DNA from: Verrucomicrobiota bacterium
GTDB lineage: Bacteria; Verrucomicrobiota; Verrucomicrobiia; Opitutales; Seribacteraceae
Direction of reading: 5' to 3'
Length of the DNA stretch: 34,976 nt
NCBI GenBank assembly: GCA_027622665.1
Contig: JAQBYT010000039.1
Span: forward strand, 1-34,976
Shown one piece after another: positions 32,701 through 34,976 of the stretch. Under the pieces are notes generated by a model. It saw only the letters and a program-made list of their open reading frames with translations. It did not search any database and had not been told where the DNA came from. How positions within the stretch are numbered: the stretch's first letter is position 1; every line of letters starts with the position of its first letter. Made by a program: the position numbers and the translations under genes.

Positions 32701-34976
32701 GGTGGCAAACGCGATCACCGACGTAAACGTACTCGAAGACGGTGCCGACACCACGATCGATCTCTCCAACTTGTTCAACGACGTGGACGACGACAACGCA
32801 TCGATCACGAAGACGGCGGTTTCAAGCGACCCATCTCTGATCACGACTACGGTGAGCGGAAACATCCTGACGCTCGACTATCAGGCCGAACAAAACGGCA
32901 CCGCTACGATCACGATCACCGGAACATCGAACGGACAGACAGTGGATCACACCTTCAGTGCTACGATGACTAGCGTGGACGACCCACCGGTTGTGATAAA
33001 AGCGATCGCGGACTTGACGGTGATGGAGAACGCTCCCAACACAGTGACGAACCTCGCGAACGTATTCAACGACGTCGACGACAATAACGCATCAATAATC
33101 AAGACCCTGCAAGCCAACAGTGATCCTGGTCTCGTCACCGCGACCATCGCTGGAAACGACCTGACCCTCGATTTTCAACCTAACCGGTTCGGATCCTCCA
33201 CTATCACCTTGCTGGCCAGCTCGAATGGAAAAACAGTGGAAGACTCCTTTGAGGTGAATGTTTCGCCCGTCGACGACGCCCCCGAGGTGATCAACGGCAT
33301 AGCCGACGTTTCGGCCGAAGAGGATGCCGACGATTTCATCGTTTCGCTTGCAAACGTATTCAACGACATCGACGACGACAACGCGTCCATAGGCAAGACC
33401 CTACAAACCAACACCAATCCCGGACTGGTCGCCGCGACCATCGTGGGCGACGAGCTCACCCTCGACTTCCAACCGAACCAGTTTGGATCCACGACCATCA
33501 TGGTGCGAGCCACTTCAAACGGAAAAACCATAGAGGATTCATTCGAAGTGAATGTTACTCCCGTTGACGACGGTCCCGAGGTGAGCATCGGTGTAGTAGA
33601 TGTTTCGGTCGAAGAAGACGCCAACGACTTAGTCGTTTCGCTTGCAAACGTATTTAACGACGTCGACGACGACAACGCATCAATAGGCAAGACCCTACAA
33701 GCCAACAGCGATCCCAGTCTCGTCACCGCGACAATTGCAGGAAACGAGCTCACCCTCGACTTCCAACCGAACCAGTTCGGGTCTTCCTCAATCACCGTGC
33801 TGGCCAGCTCGAATGGAAAAACAGTGGAAGTCTCCTTTGAGGTGAATGTTTCGCCCGTCGACGACGCCCCAGAGGTGGTCAACGGCATAGCCGACGTTTC
33901 CGCCGACGAGGATGCATCCGATTTCATCGTTTCGCTTGCAAACGTATTCAACGATATCGACGACGACAACGCGTCCATAGGCAAGACCCTACAAACCAAC
34001 AGCAATCCCGATCTCGTCACCGCGACCATCGTGGGCGACGAGCTCACCCTCGACTTCCAACCGAACCAGTTCGGATCCACGACCATCATGGTGCGAGCCA
34101 CTTCAAACGGAAAAACCATAGAGGATTCATTCGAAGTGAATGTTTCTCCTATCGACGATCCCCCCGTCGTCTTAAACCCTATTGCGGATTTGGTATCCTT
34201 GAACACCGGGCCGAATATAACAATCAACCTATTCAATGTCTTCAACGATGTGGACGACGACAACGCATCCATCCAAAAAGCAGTTATTTCCGGCAACCCC
34301 TCCCTCGTCACCACGAGCATCGATGCCGATATCCTCACCCTCGATTTCCAAGCGGATGCAAACGCCTCGACGACGGTAACGGTAACCGCTACATCAAATG
34401 GTCAGGCAGTGGACGCAGTCTTCAACGTAGGCGTGTTCGAACCGAACGCTCCTCCCGTCACCGCCAACCCCATCGCCGATGTCGAGGTATTGGAGGACGC
34501 CCCCGACAGAACAATCGACTTGGCCCAAGTATTCGACGATCCTGACGACGAAGGCATCACAAAAACCGCGGTATCCAATCCCCCCTTCCTCGTCATCGTT
34601 ACCGTCGTAGACGATGCCCTCAGTCTAAACTTTCAACCTAATTCATTCGGCACTGCTACAGTTGTGGTGACGGGAAATTCCCGAGGACAAACCGTGGACG
34701 ACGTCTTCACGGTGACGGTCGCCCCCGTGGACGACGCTCCCGTCGTGACAAACGCGATCTCAGACGTTTTCGCAGACGAGGACGACCCCGACTTCGTTCT
34801 GTCCTTGATGAATGTATTCAACGACGTCGACGACGACAACACGTCCATACTCAAAACAGTACAAGCCAACACCAATCCCGGACTGGTCACCGCGACCATC
34901 GTGAGCGACGAGCTCACCCTCGACTTCCAACCGAACCAGTTCGGGTCTTCCTCAATCACCGTGCTGGCCAGCTCGA
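8702..34976 (+). CDS. Giant (at least 8,758 aa) Sec-exported multidomain adhesin/lectin-like protein, 3'-truncated by the window
   Basis: In-frame TAA at 8690-8692, then ATG 8702. Alternative starts TTG 8708 and GTG 8711 are better spaced from GGGGGA at 8695-8700. Signal peptide MNLVNKPLITSITRLGLTILSFISGFWIAPGARA|N. The same frame still reads DFQPNQFGSSSITVLASS at 34922-34975. The ORF track lists no + ORF in this frame after 8702, consistent with no internal stop, and manual translation gives coherent domains throughout. Confidence 0.95.
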   Translation, partial: MNLVNKPLITSITRLGLTILSFISGFWIAPGARANAVRPVITVTSPTYAYPIPVGVTFQQDGDANVSVTGFDVSDLNVTNANVVANSFSGSGHAYTFNLTPTSDPARITVSIPAGAANGDGNASVANSMTIEYFWLEVTRSADLALWYRFNETSGGTALDSSGNGQDGTLRNMDDADWVDGKYGNAIDLDGNNDDVLTPLDGHHNMDYSWSVWINTTDGNGGILSITENNWSQGGKGLYVSGGNPQIDAGWVSNGIGPIALNDGSWHHVALTIKDSQSNSDPYVIYLDGVSTKSGAMDWFQFDGTAQDLRVGYIGIDDGKALAGKLDDLRIYEGVLTPNDVAAIYAGDIGTPKISGPATASANPGFPFSLSDFNATVTNSLFPPTWSASGLPAGLTIDALTGVISGTPTGTPTAAGTKSDANVTATNGYGSTKHTLAITLFPLPSVATVAPATDLSLYGAKANGSFTDATGTACIATVYVDTTDKGTSDASAWSYSFPLGTVESGDISREVTGLAIDTTYRYRFSVANAGGIPVWTNAAGSFTTLPQLSPPLLGEVNASDTTSYSSTVNGMLADTGGETPTVTIVWGDEDRGTDYADLDIWDNKVTLGLIGSGTFSINLTGLQLGKVYYARTAAANVAGKIVSTSMAVLTPSFKPLASISPSNYAGLQIWFDANDSSTLWQDAGGTSPAGPGTAVEQWNDKSGNGHTATRTAGTLSLVGNQINGMSVVNFADNTYANVTGSIHSKQQYFVFNLSNVGDWGSVLGSQQRSGYMLNRNGYMWDLNYPAAVKQNGGAELSGNFQLSNISNFMIVRVTGNNTSVRSGWALGRQEGWGRLDMNLAEVISFDTTLSTIEEYELEGYLAHKWGLADKLPTSHPYKTAAPPPAITSPATSSATVGQAFGFQVTSSITASYYAYNLPPGLTCNLSTGYISGTPTVGGVYAVTLLAEGASVSATGSLTITLPTSSPIITTASATNVVANAATLIGQITNTGGRDANVTVYWGTVDGGQGSWQNEQNLGIKGIGEIVLNVSALLPGQLYHYRFKADNSQGGTGGAVWTVGGNFTTTSSAQSPTLGNVFSVTDVTNSSAKLTGSLAGTGGDTVTYTFHWGPTDGNQTVANWANHIAINNAAIGNLSAEITSVMTPPAIYFARGEASNSVGSIWTETMLVFSPVKMGSAGLMTTFPGLKLWLKADAEADGANWLDQSGNANHATKQGSPTLVENTLNGLPVMRYSGTNGEYHGFTNMTDIRTVFWVVKRNTGSPSFLLGDNNVYHFHSDGSSTFEGRSSPNARNGSLAFNGATTTYQTPIPSAMTVISLRTTGDVEANSFSNDRNIGGRYWNGDLAELLIYDTPLNDAEIRNTEGSLSWKYGLQGDLVSDHPHRNADPSSPQPVISITNSLSAEAAKGMAFTYQITATGSPTSYGLYNTPSWLDLNASTGVITGTPPIGGVYKVSISAANSLGSDVKEMTIIAGDNAPFEYSLDITPDYAGSNQLTDWHMLIKLSESNATLYNLGFRYKQFKAGGADLRFQTTAGVECTYGISQWNPQGESTIWVRVPTLSAGDKIIMRWGNPNATAPAYSDNFQLPSASPPSHVPEASDYDVAYALDIPTSAGWNSKAIPYSADTSADIVNGSFTRIAYYMELVDGSGTKWVWVSMDKFTDDARLLGVPNTSSGEFWHYGITGPITNANILSNANGITTGNGINTVNLEFWPSNYNGSNGYGVPGANAGKHDFGDGGAGTNAGYASMQVHNYGAGQTLFAYNSWGSGNGELGIGNRSTGEPDWTFSNNIGSYSARKLMVLVFSGSKPDALAFSGFQGPPFFVGSANLYGKKGSPFSQQLDYRGSDPMVYSAVGLPPGLSLNVVTGEISGTPLTTGETGITVTVDGQNASGTPRSETRSFSIKLSDPSAFPMKMALTLSGYDGNSTLKDFPVLIDFHPGLNNFSYSTFLSSTGGDLRFFGKNGQELPYEIENWDVTGRSRIWVKVSSVSGVNTSITAAWGNPATGADPSYFIDGSTWGNGFSGTWHFTNVVAGSFSDSSPLRNHAINNGATVDTVGEIGPAADFNGASTASVVYSPSLNPSKFSASAWVKRAIPPANGINGFLGFGYEQNINNNYFEDIELLRALTPNGSNFVLGEPDNPEGNGFFFDGDADFQNAGIGISRNDQYMDLWSANFNAPENGNYFFQMDQADDSAAIWVDLDQDNLFETNGTNGNEKIGGPSNFTSSAIALVAGQTYKIALAHGEGGGGSRFRAWIQTPSLSMRVIKPFEPAQNGFFTNDPLLKDSTIFSTQDKSGPNGYALHSKNGKFQFRSGGNADPQVAHNNDVWHHLGMTYDGTTKRLYLDGSTAGESVMTVDRNTVSDFNIGSAWDGLIDELRISSTVRSADWIQASFDNQRLASDFVSYGNVTSPRLITSTLNASVSAWDAFDYNVTAVGSPYLYTAFNLPNGLQFNATTGNISGNPTIAGSFPVSLMAFYANDDGNVTDSDSIPDVVGSTDSTEPAKQVILQLNVISTPPVIQTTEASSVSANSASFNGNVISDGGDPPTVRIYYGTQDGGIDPTAWLNMLEIGKKGQGTFGHIIGSLIPEVTYHYRVRAFNSAAPDGVWGSGTFVPGAKATGSIEITGDPNEGPPRTGLIGEWLFDGDNANDTSGNGYDGNSSANVVYSADTPWGTGKSVNLNNNAYITVDDGTANQSIFDLDRLSISFWAKEWPSNGWGAYVAKYGEGGQGYQIRRNGGDASKLSWTLRGPSNDDWNAVVNDGGQFNKWVHVLAAFGDGIRKLFLNGVEKGSENRGGNINDTTSMLAFGCKDNNGNFAFAPGAYSNAFMDDIRIYDRLLTENEISRLSAIALQITIPLRTGGSIVYGGGPLEDLNATPPVWKHTGTPAAIAASLKACIEDDGGHNGEITVTNPSTGNLTLTQSNTGIFAQSITGNLGGQNANYLSGFTGGINDSDPSKTFTTPSSDLPVVDNGNLRDVSDTGATLTGLVPHIGAGAVTNEDLRFSADKFQNLMFWVDANNSESLDKGGSFGSEGSPANGDTVGYWGDLSGNSNNATPHLGDSAREPTYLAAGLNGKPAIYFDGTDDVLVAQNSATFDDWENLTVFIVAEGNNTADWSPLISKNGEDNQGWLFGKRNGAQSRWRVHGTSGAVDQNLNLTPNAIRIWSLTYGDGTRKSFGDGLLQASLTDTGKIAAAPNSPLAIGALVRNNGNLESHANLLVSEVLVFKKSFADKDRHLVEGYLAHKWGLTGNLDSSHPYKSMKPGEPSNGVDLTLYWGSSDGETTPNHWENSIELGKYFSKRTSSGFQGTGYLVNPNGNYFNDIETLRSLSSQLPPKLINGEPDDSATNGFYFDGDDDFKNSGIGINRNDNYMDLWISDFWPKETGYHIFRMDRKDDYVTIWIDLDQNGLFQTTGDKGNERLGGTNNFDSAPIPLIAGQSYKIALAHGEDQGGSGFRAWIETPTLSDRVINPLEPAQDGLYAAVLGLSNGAPQNSQIKLESTLSNLQPGQTYHYRLHGSNSLGSVWADTTAVFVAEKKINLSTGSLTFKTDGPIPNWYTTSGQSGTGELVSNSYIDQEGNTISYDVAKFEFASLYVGDGAKVHLQGNNTLEIAVSGDATILVPLDLNGSEGTDAGNSNLPGRLGGGHGGHEWKNAADPWGRGGDPANLTTVSSFNSGGKPLAGMNGNAGLATGQEPGGGGFGGRGGRSETVVASGEHQLVQPGGQTYGDADITHLFGGSGGGGGNERSGGTGGGGIKIVAGETLTIGGSIHAIGGKGGARPNEARQSGGSGSGGAIYLKGKHIVIQQGVSIKADGGDGATGITNGNTYVTDGIGGGAAAGGGGRIFMEATESLLNIESSTNSNFSTNGGISPGYRHGVSGSMKILKPQVTELVFHSGTITIDTDKGTINHSDGSFLAGSLTENFFLSSAGTAYPYKICTFIADRINLGVNLSVNLKGTAALSLRTRNHGDIIISANIVANGGNNPTDDDGGIGRLAGWDGGKKQRDGQGPGKGKDRTQSNIGGGGGYGGPGWTNQNQLLTHGLSYGDSKVTHLIGGSGGGGGGNKGGGAGGGAIELMADGVGTITIGATAKISVNGGDTTDKIGGGGAGAGGSIRLIGASIVNNGTLEATGMAITSDMNGGGGRIAFVSDGKLIVGTTNVTGFQPGTVSVLGNNDVTDLAFSTGTLFINTTNGTWHHSDGKHGTGVISMGDDSGIPYGICAYTFDSINLPAGLTVVLEGHNALILKTRNHGNIVVETDLKADGGNSVDADDPWGNNLYTYTGGKGKLGGHDGGPSNANGTGPGKGKASVGNGEGGGGGYGSAGAGSDEATYGMTYGGEALSHLHGGSGGGGGGNRGGGAGGGAISLEADGNGTLTIGAGATISANGGISTRGDNEGGGGSGGSLRFAGKSITNNATIEAKGGDVVGNGNQSYDGGGGRVAFNYSYNLNQGTVDIGTGSYAGTIAENTPPIIVGDLNATATYSNENYPPPVTQQEHLTGWWEFDNPTNLGEDSSENLSHLNDNGNPTFHATGKWDGAIYLDGNDMLEQGAVFPSNVPTGGTAYSISCWINPDQGGNRGIVGWGTYGSASRVNALRMNGNNDIYNYWWGNDLNAGSGGDLRTGTSPDGWHYILATYDPALGSNRQKIYIDGLIKAQRNASGLNAGAGSFTIGRTGTNEYFQGLLDDLRIYATALTTSDLAQIYAGDIVKAIPSINFAVTALKGPQSYSAIDLPDALTINPTSGLISGTTMAIGEHNVTIQASNLSGASAPQTLVLTVRPNIPILLDLNASTVGATYAMVDFSILDTGGENPALTLFHGTTDGNQTSGDWTANVPLGTLGSGIHSASLTGLTNNTQYFLRARAVNSAGTVWTVDHNFTTSALVGPPIIATLPSTSVTTTSSTISGNLFSYDGGDQPNVTLYYGDEDNGTNDSAWDNSVVIGSKGIGTFTHNLTGFTPGTRYFYRFKAVNSGGTAHSAGAGAFVTIGTPAIEDKPATNLTETSGTLNARITALGGVTYFIGAPFNNASLPGLIMWMDGNDPNGDGTSDTNTSNITVWNDKSADARHLAWTRGDPQFEANVLNGMGVVDFDGNDGIGQNDKTMYNDTANGFSMFAVSRYDGTDSERVISSIENWNWHFAGHGQYHTRIANFNGWGYLGTDTEQDNNDWHIYEVTHTNTDRGNYWLDAVKVGTDTTGSGDGDNWRPKRIRFSGWQEGNLEESQCQIAEFLTFNRVLSEEERLKVEGYLGQKWGLHATMFANNHPYVSVDPFHPLITQGGEQASVTFYWGDDNGSANGNVWDNNHGVAGTHDLGLIKHDLTGLTKGATYYYSAKVSNSGGDAWAQTRTFAPANRLLGKDTISGLVLWLDASDMDGDNSIDDLANGSAIASWTDKSNQANQALQTIAANRPTYKKSVFGEKPGINFDGTGDFLYLVDSLRLTAGPISAYVMSKRDVQGGDSAAYLLGENIWNLTAGPGNSPYSPEIKKFSASSGKTITNLKIGKDGTSSSFDFAGDIAEVLIFDRELTSEETDQVEGYLAHRWGASASLFSNHSYRESPPSFDNSPKITMKPYVSPVGVVPIPLSPAIISSMNVWFDANDSSTTNTNWSDKSGNGHTATRTAGTLTLVDNALNGMPVVNFADNTYANVTGNMYSKQQYIVFNLPNVGDWGSVLGSQQRSGYTFNRSGYMWNTNYPAAVRQNGGPELSGNFQLSNIGNYMVVRITGNNNNTSVRSGWALGRQEGWGRLPMNLAEVVSFDTTLSTIEEDELTGYLAHKWGLVGDLPASHPYKYLRFKSSKRYVLHVGTPMNLQVETTKGPESYSAGSTLGQYGLSINSNTGLISGTPDKLGDFNCTISVLNSSGSDTKSFFFRALKGTKSINWDQSLVGLTYGDAPVELNASATLGGVSYSSSDETIVAFGGQEVRNPILENGLVRYWAFDEANGSTTASDVRGSFDGALAGGAAFVAGKFGNAVEFDGSTAEVDFGLGAGDLGDKFTISVWVKWTGADSPANAMRILENKNDSNSTDGWAIFTESNNDTNVLVRGSSNAAISPNVTSSWKANNWHHVVAAFNFANVEVFADGISRSSGGVDPVKPGGKSLKMGKWHNGNGNTFEGLMDDLRLYDKVLTANEVVALFGGGSGDFARSSTGTAATIKNSGTVTLTAHASGTKSMYSANTVSKTVTIGKAPLTLTADDKTRNVGVANPPLTHFVSGFVNDDNETTGLTSTISLSTEANASSPEGTYAIVPNATADKYFITYLNGSLIVSNKTSQSISWTQDFSNIALNQFVDLNASSTSGLPVLYAIANPDIAELAVSLQGNLDAWWKMDSPYGSTIFDSSGQGGTVRNGILQGTDGSSSRTVGKFGNALILDGTDDHVLIPGYAGITGKSLRTIALWFKTTVDNRPLLSYGGPGNGALFAISLNSGKVSLDLGGTTLEGGTSLADGAWHHLAAVAPMDADASEVKLYVDGAQVASGSGTTSINTAASSFVKLGTDGVNYFNGQLDDVRFYAADLNANVIAKVYGAGIGDFNRIRMKGAGTTFITASQPGDATFSSSTNESTQITVGKLDQTIAFAPLPNKSIGDFDFDPEAEASSGLFVTYQSSNPLVASVEGITPGSQTIKIRTAGTTTITATQPGDSSHNPATAASQVLSIGYYKLFKESISGMELWLDGNNVNADALSDSITSGSPLYIWNDSSGNNRNAIQATPANAPIYKKNASELTGKGFVVFSSVTKILELPAVNGPKTIFAIFRQTGLAAKTKLLGGDLVSTSTSGNVALQREGGNPLIDSSTSAASFHIVTWQGDAGAYALHVDGAAKGSGTDAQSLASLTKVGNGLIGQVTEIVVYNRVLPSPTQRKIEGYLAHKWGLPSQLPSVHPYKNLLPTFGGEQQLYFQPISDKPVGNNFPLTVTSDSGLTEFTYDSNDSSIASITGNIVSTHKEGKVTITAIQQGDYNWFLASATRVLTVTSTPRNEQTITFGPLPDNTALDAPYDLNATASSGLPVSYQSSNPAVATITGSNVSIVSQGITTIRVSQDGNGNFNAAPFVEQQLTVTKVPQTINFAPPPAQPLSTGAFILEANASSGLGITFVSDTPSVVSIAGNMVSLLAGGTTRITAIQQGNATYETALDVTRTLTVVDVFANMPPTVANTLPDLNAIEDDANVFVNLANVFDDEDDNNSIITKTAVSGNAILLAVTVTGNTLELDFQPDMFGSTIVTVTGTSNGMPVNDSFLVNVAPADDSPVTANEITDVNVTEDASDTLINLSNVFNDVDDDNTTIAKTVVSTDPSLVTATVNGNILTLEYQAEQNGTATITVTGTSNGQTAVDTFTVTVMSVDDPPIAVIAIADVTVNEDAANTVINLSNMFNDPDNDNTLITNTVVSSVPTLVIVSASGNTVTLDYQPNQFGSATITVTATSNGLTVDNNFTATVTSVDNPPIVVNQIADVNVTEDASDSAINLSNLFNDPDDNNTSITKAAVSSTPSLVTVSVSGNTLTLDYQAEQNGTATITVTGTSNGQTVDDMFTVSVTSVDDPPVVANAITDVNVLEDAADTTIDLSNMFNDIDDNNASITKTTVSSDPSLITATVNGNILTLDYQPDQNGTATVTVTGTSNGQTIDDTFTVAITSVNDPPVVANAITDVNVLEDAVDSTIDLSNLFNDVDDDNMSITKTVVSSDPSLVTATANGNILTLNYQPEQNGTATVTVTGTSNGQTIDDTFTVAITNVNDPPVVTNAIEDVNVIEDAADTTVDLSNLFNDVDDDNVSITKTAVSSDPSLVTVSVSGDTLTLDYQPDQNGTATVTVTGNSNGQTADDTFTVVITNVNDPPVVANPISNINVNEDAADKTIDLSNIFNDVDDDNASITKSAVSSDASLVAASVTGNTLTLSFQPNQFGTATITLTGTSNGHTVDQAFTVTVTIANDPPVVANLITDVNVLEDAADTTIDLSDVFNDVDDDNASITKTVVSSAPSLVTVSVSGDTLTLDYQPEQNGTATITVTGTSNGQTVDDIFTVTVTSVDDPPVVANAITDVNVLEDGADTTIDLSNLFNDVDDDNASITKTAVSSDPSLITTTVSGNILTLDYQAEQNGTATITITGTSNGQTVDHTFSATMTSVDDPPVVIKAIADLTVMENAPNTVTNLANVFNDVDDNNASIIKTLQANSDPGLVTATIAGNDLTLDFQPNRFGSSTITLLASSNGKTVEDSFEVNVSPVDDAPEVINGIADVSAEEDADDFIVSLANVFNDIDDDNASIGKTLQTNTNPGLVAATIVGDELTLDFQPNQFGSTTIMVRATSNGKTIEDSFEVNVTPVDDGPEVSIGVVDVSVEEDANDLVVSLANVFNDVDDDNASIGKTLQANSDPSLVTATIAGNELTLDFQPNQFGSSSITVLASSNGKTVEVSFEVNVSPVDDAPEVVNGIADVSADEDASDFIVSLANVFNDIDDDNASIGKTLQTNSNPDLVTATIVGDELTLDFQPNQFGSTTIMVRATSNGKTIEDSFEVNVSPIDDPPVVLNPIADLVSLNTGPNITINLFNVFNDVDDDNASIQKAVISGNPSLVTTSIDADILTLDFQADANASTTVTVTATSNGQAVDAVFNVGVFEPNAPPVTANPIADVEVLEDAPDRTIDLAQVFDDPDDEGITKTAVSNPPFLVIVTVVDDALSLNFQPNSFGTATVVVTGNSRGQTVDDVFTVTVAPVDDAPVVTNAISDVFADEDDPDFVLSLMNVFNDVDDDNTSILKTVQANTNPGLVTATIVSDELTLDFQPNQFGSSSITVLASS
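9125..9745 (+). other. LamG-like jellyroll (Laminin_G_3-type) domain; related copies at ~14735-15880, 16590-17225, 22160-22795, 26440-27080, 27605-28235
   Basis: LALWYRFNETSGGTALDSSGNG...GNAIDLDG...SWSVWI...NDGSWHHVALT...IYLDG...GKLDDLRIYEGVLTPNDVAAIY. Confidence 0.85.
10690..11340 (+). other. Second LamG-like subtype (WxDA...EGYLAHKWG...HPY); related copies at ~12245-12850, 17710-18470, 23755-24460, 24745-25335, 25430-26030, 28635-29290
   Basis: GLQIWFDAND...WNDKSGNG...NGMSVVNF...LAEVISFD...EGYLAHKWGL...HPYK. Confidence 0.75.
13125..13430 (+). other. DUF2341-like domain (second copy ~14420-14705)
   Basis: GADLRF...YGISQWNP.GESTIWVRVP...MRWGNP and GDLRFF...ELPYEIENWD..GRSRIWVKV...AWGNP. Confidence 0.75.
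14990..15517 (+). other. PA14-like domain (second copy ~18595-19123)
   Basis: DQYMDLWSANFNAPENGNYFFQMDQADDSAAIWVD...IALVAGQTYKIALAHGEGGGG, with the PA14-type DD motif at 15260-15265 (18866-18871 in copy 2). Confidence 0.7.
19290..22080 (+). repeat. Three tandem Gly-rich units (~290-350 aa; starts ~19290, ~20345, ~21200)
   Basis: Each contains GGGG(F/Y)G...(T/S)YG...HLxGGSGGGGG...GG(A/T)GGG(A/G)I...GGxIxL...GGGGR(I/V). Confidence 0.85.
27205..27450 (+). other. MBG-type Ig domain
   Basis: KAPLTLTADDKTRNVGVANPPLT...SGFVNDD...ANASSPEGTYAI...YLNGSLIV. Confidence 0.75.
30068..34976 (+). repeat. Array of at least 17 tandem cadherin-like repeats (291/294 bp; 97/98 aa; unit 16 is 285 bp), continuing past the window
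   Basis: Unit starts at 30068, 30359, 30650, 30941, 31232, 31523, 31814, 32105, 32396, 32687, 32978, 33272, 33566, 33860, 34154, 34445, 34730. Consensus DDPPVVANxIxDVxVxEDAxDxxIDLSNVFNDVDDDNASIxKT...LTLDYQP.QxGTATITVTGTSNGQTVDDxFTVTV. Confidence 0.95.

Noticed and set aside
30013..34959. Periodic minus-strand ORFs, including 33175..34338 (387 aa)
   Set aside because: They are antisense shadows of the cadherin repeat array; their periodicity simply mirrors the + strand repeat.
30068..34976. Possible CRISPR or other non-coding repeat array
   Set aside because: Units are in-frame 285-294 bp coding repeats with no repeat-spacer structure and no cas genes.

Overview
The window is almost entirely coding on the + strand and holds three genes. 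(1) <1..6680 is the 3' part (at least 2,225 aa) of a large extracellular protein with Ig/cadherin-like repeats, a beta-propeller, InlB-B-type repeats, a Trp-rich module and a C-terminal DUF3108-like domain. (2) 6677..7936 overlaps it and encodes a signal-peptide-bearing outer-membrane beta-barrel protein with an N-terminal coiled-coil/repeat stalk. (3) After a ~765-bp AT-rich intergenic region, one giant ORF starts at 8702 and is still open at the window end (at least 8,758 codons). The supplied ORF track omits it, presumably because it has no stop codon in the window. It encodes a Sec signal peptide, about 13 LamG-like jellyroll domains, 2 PA14-like domains, 2 DUF2341-like domains, three Gly-rich units, many He_PIG/FN3/Ig/MBG domains and at least 17 tandem ~97-aa cadherin-like repeats. 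Two less obvious patterns stand out. Both giant proteins are strongly enriched for the bacterial N-glycosylation sequon D/E-x-N-x-S/T. At least nine lectin-like domains are inserted inside other domains, implying a branched fibre. The domain style suggests Verrucomicrobiota (Opitutae-like), which is inference only. All domain calls are by-eye motif recognition, not database hits.
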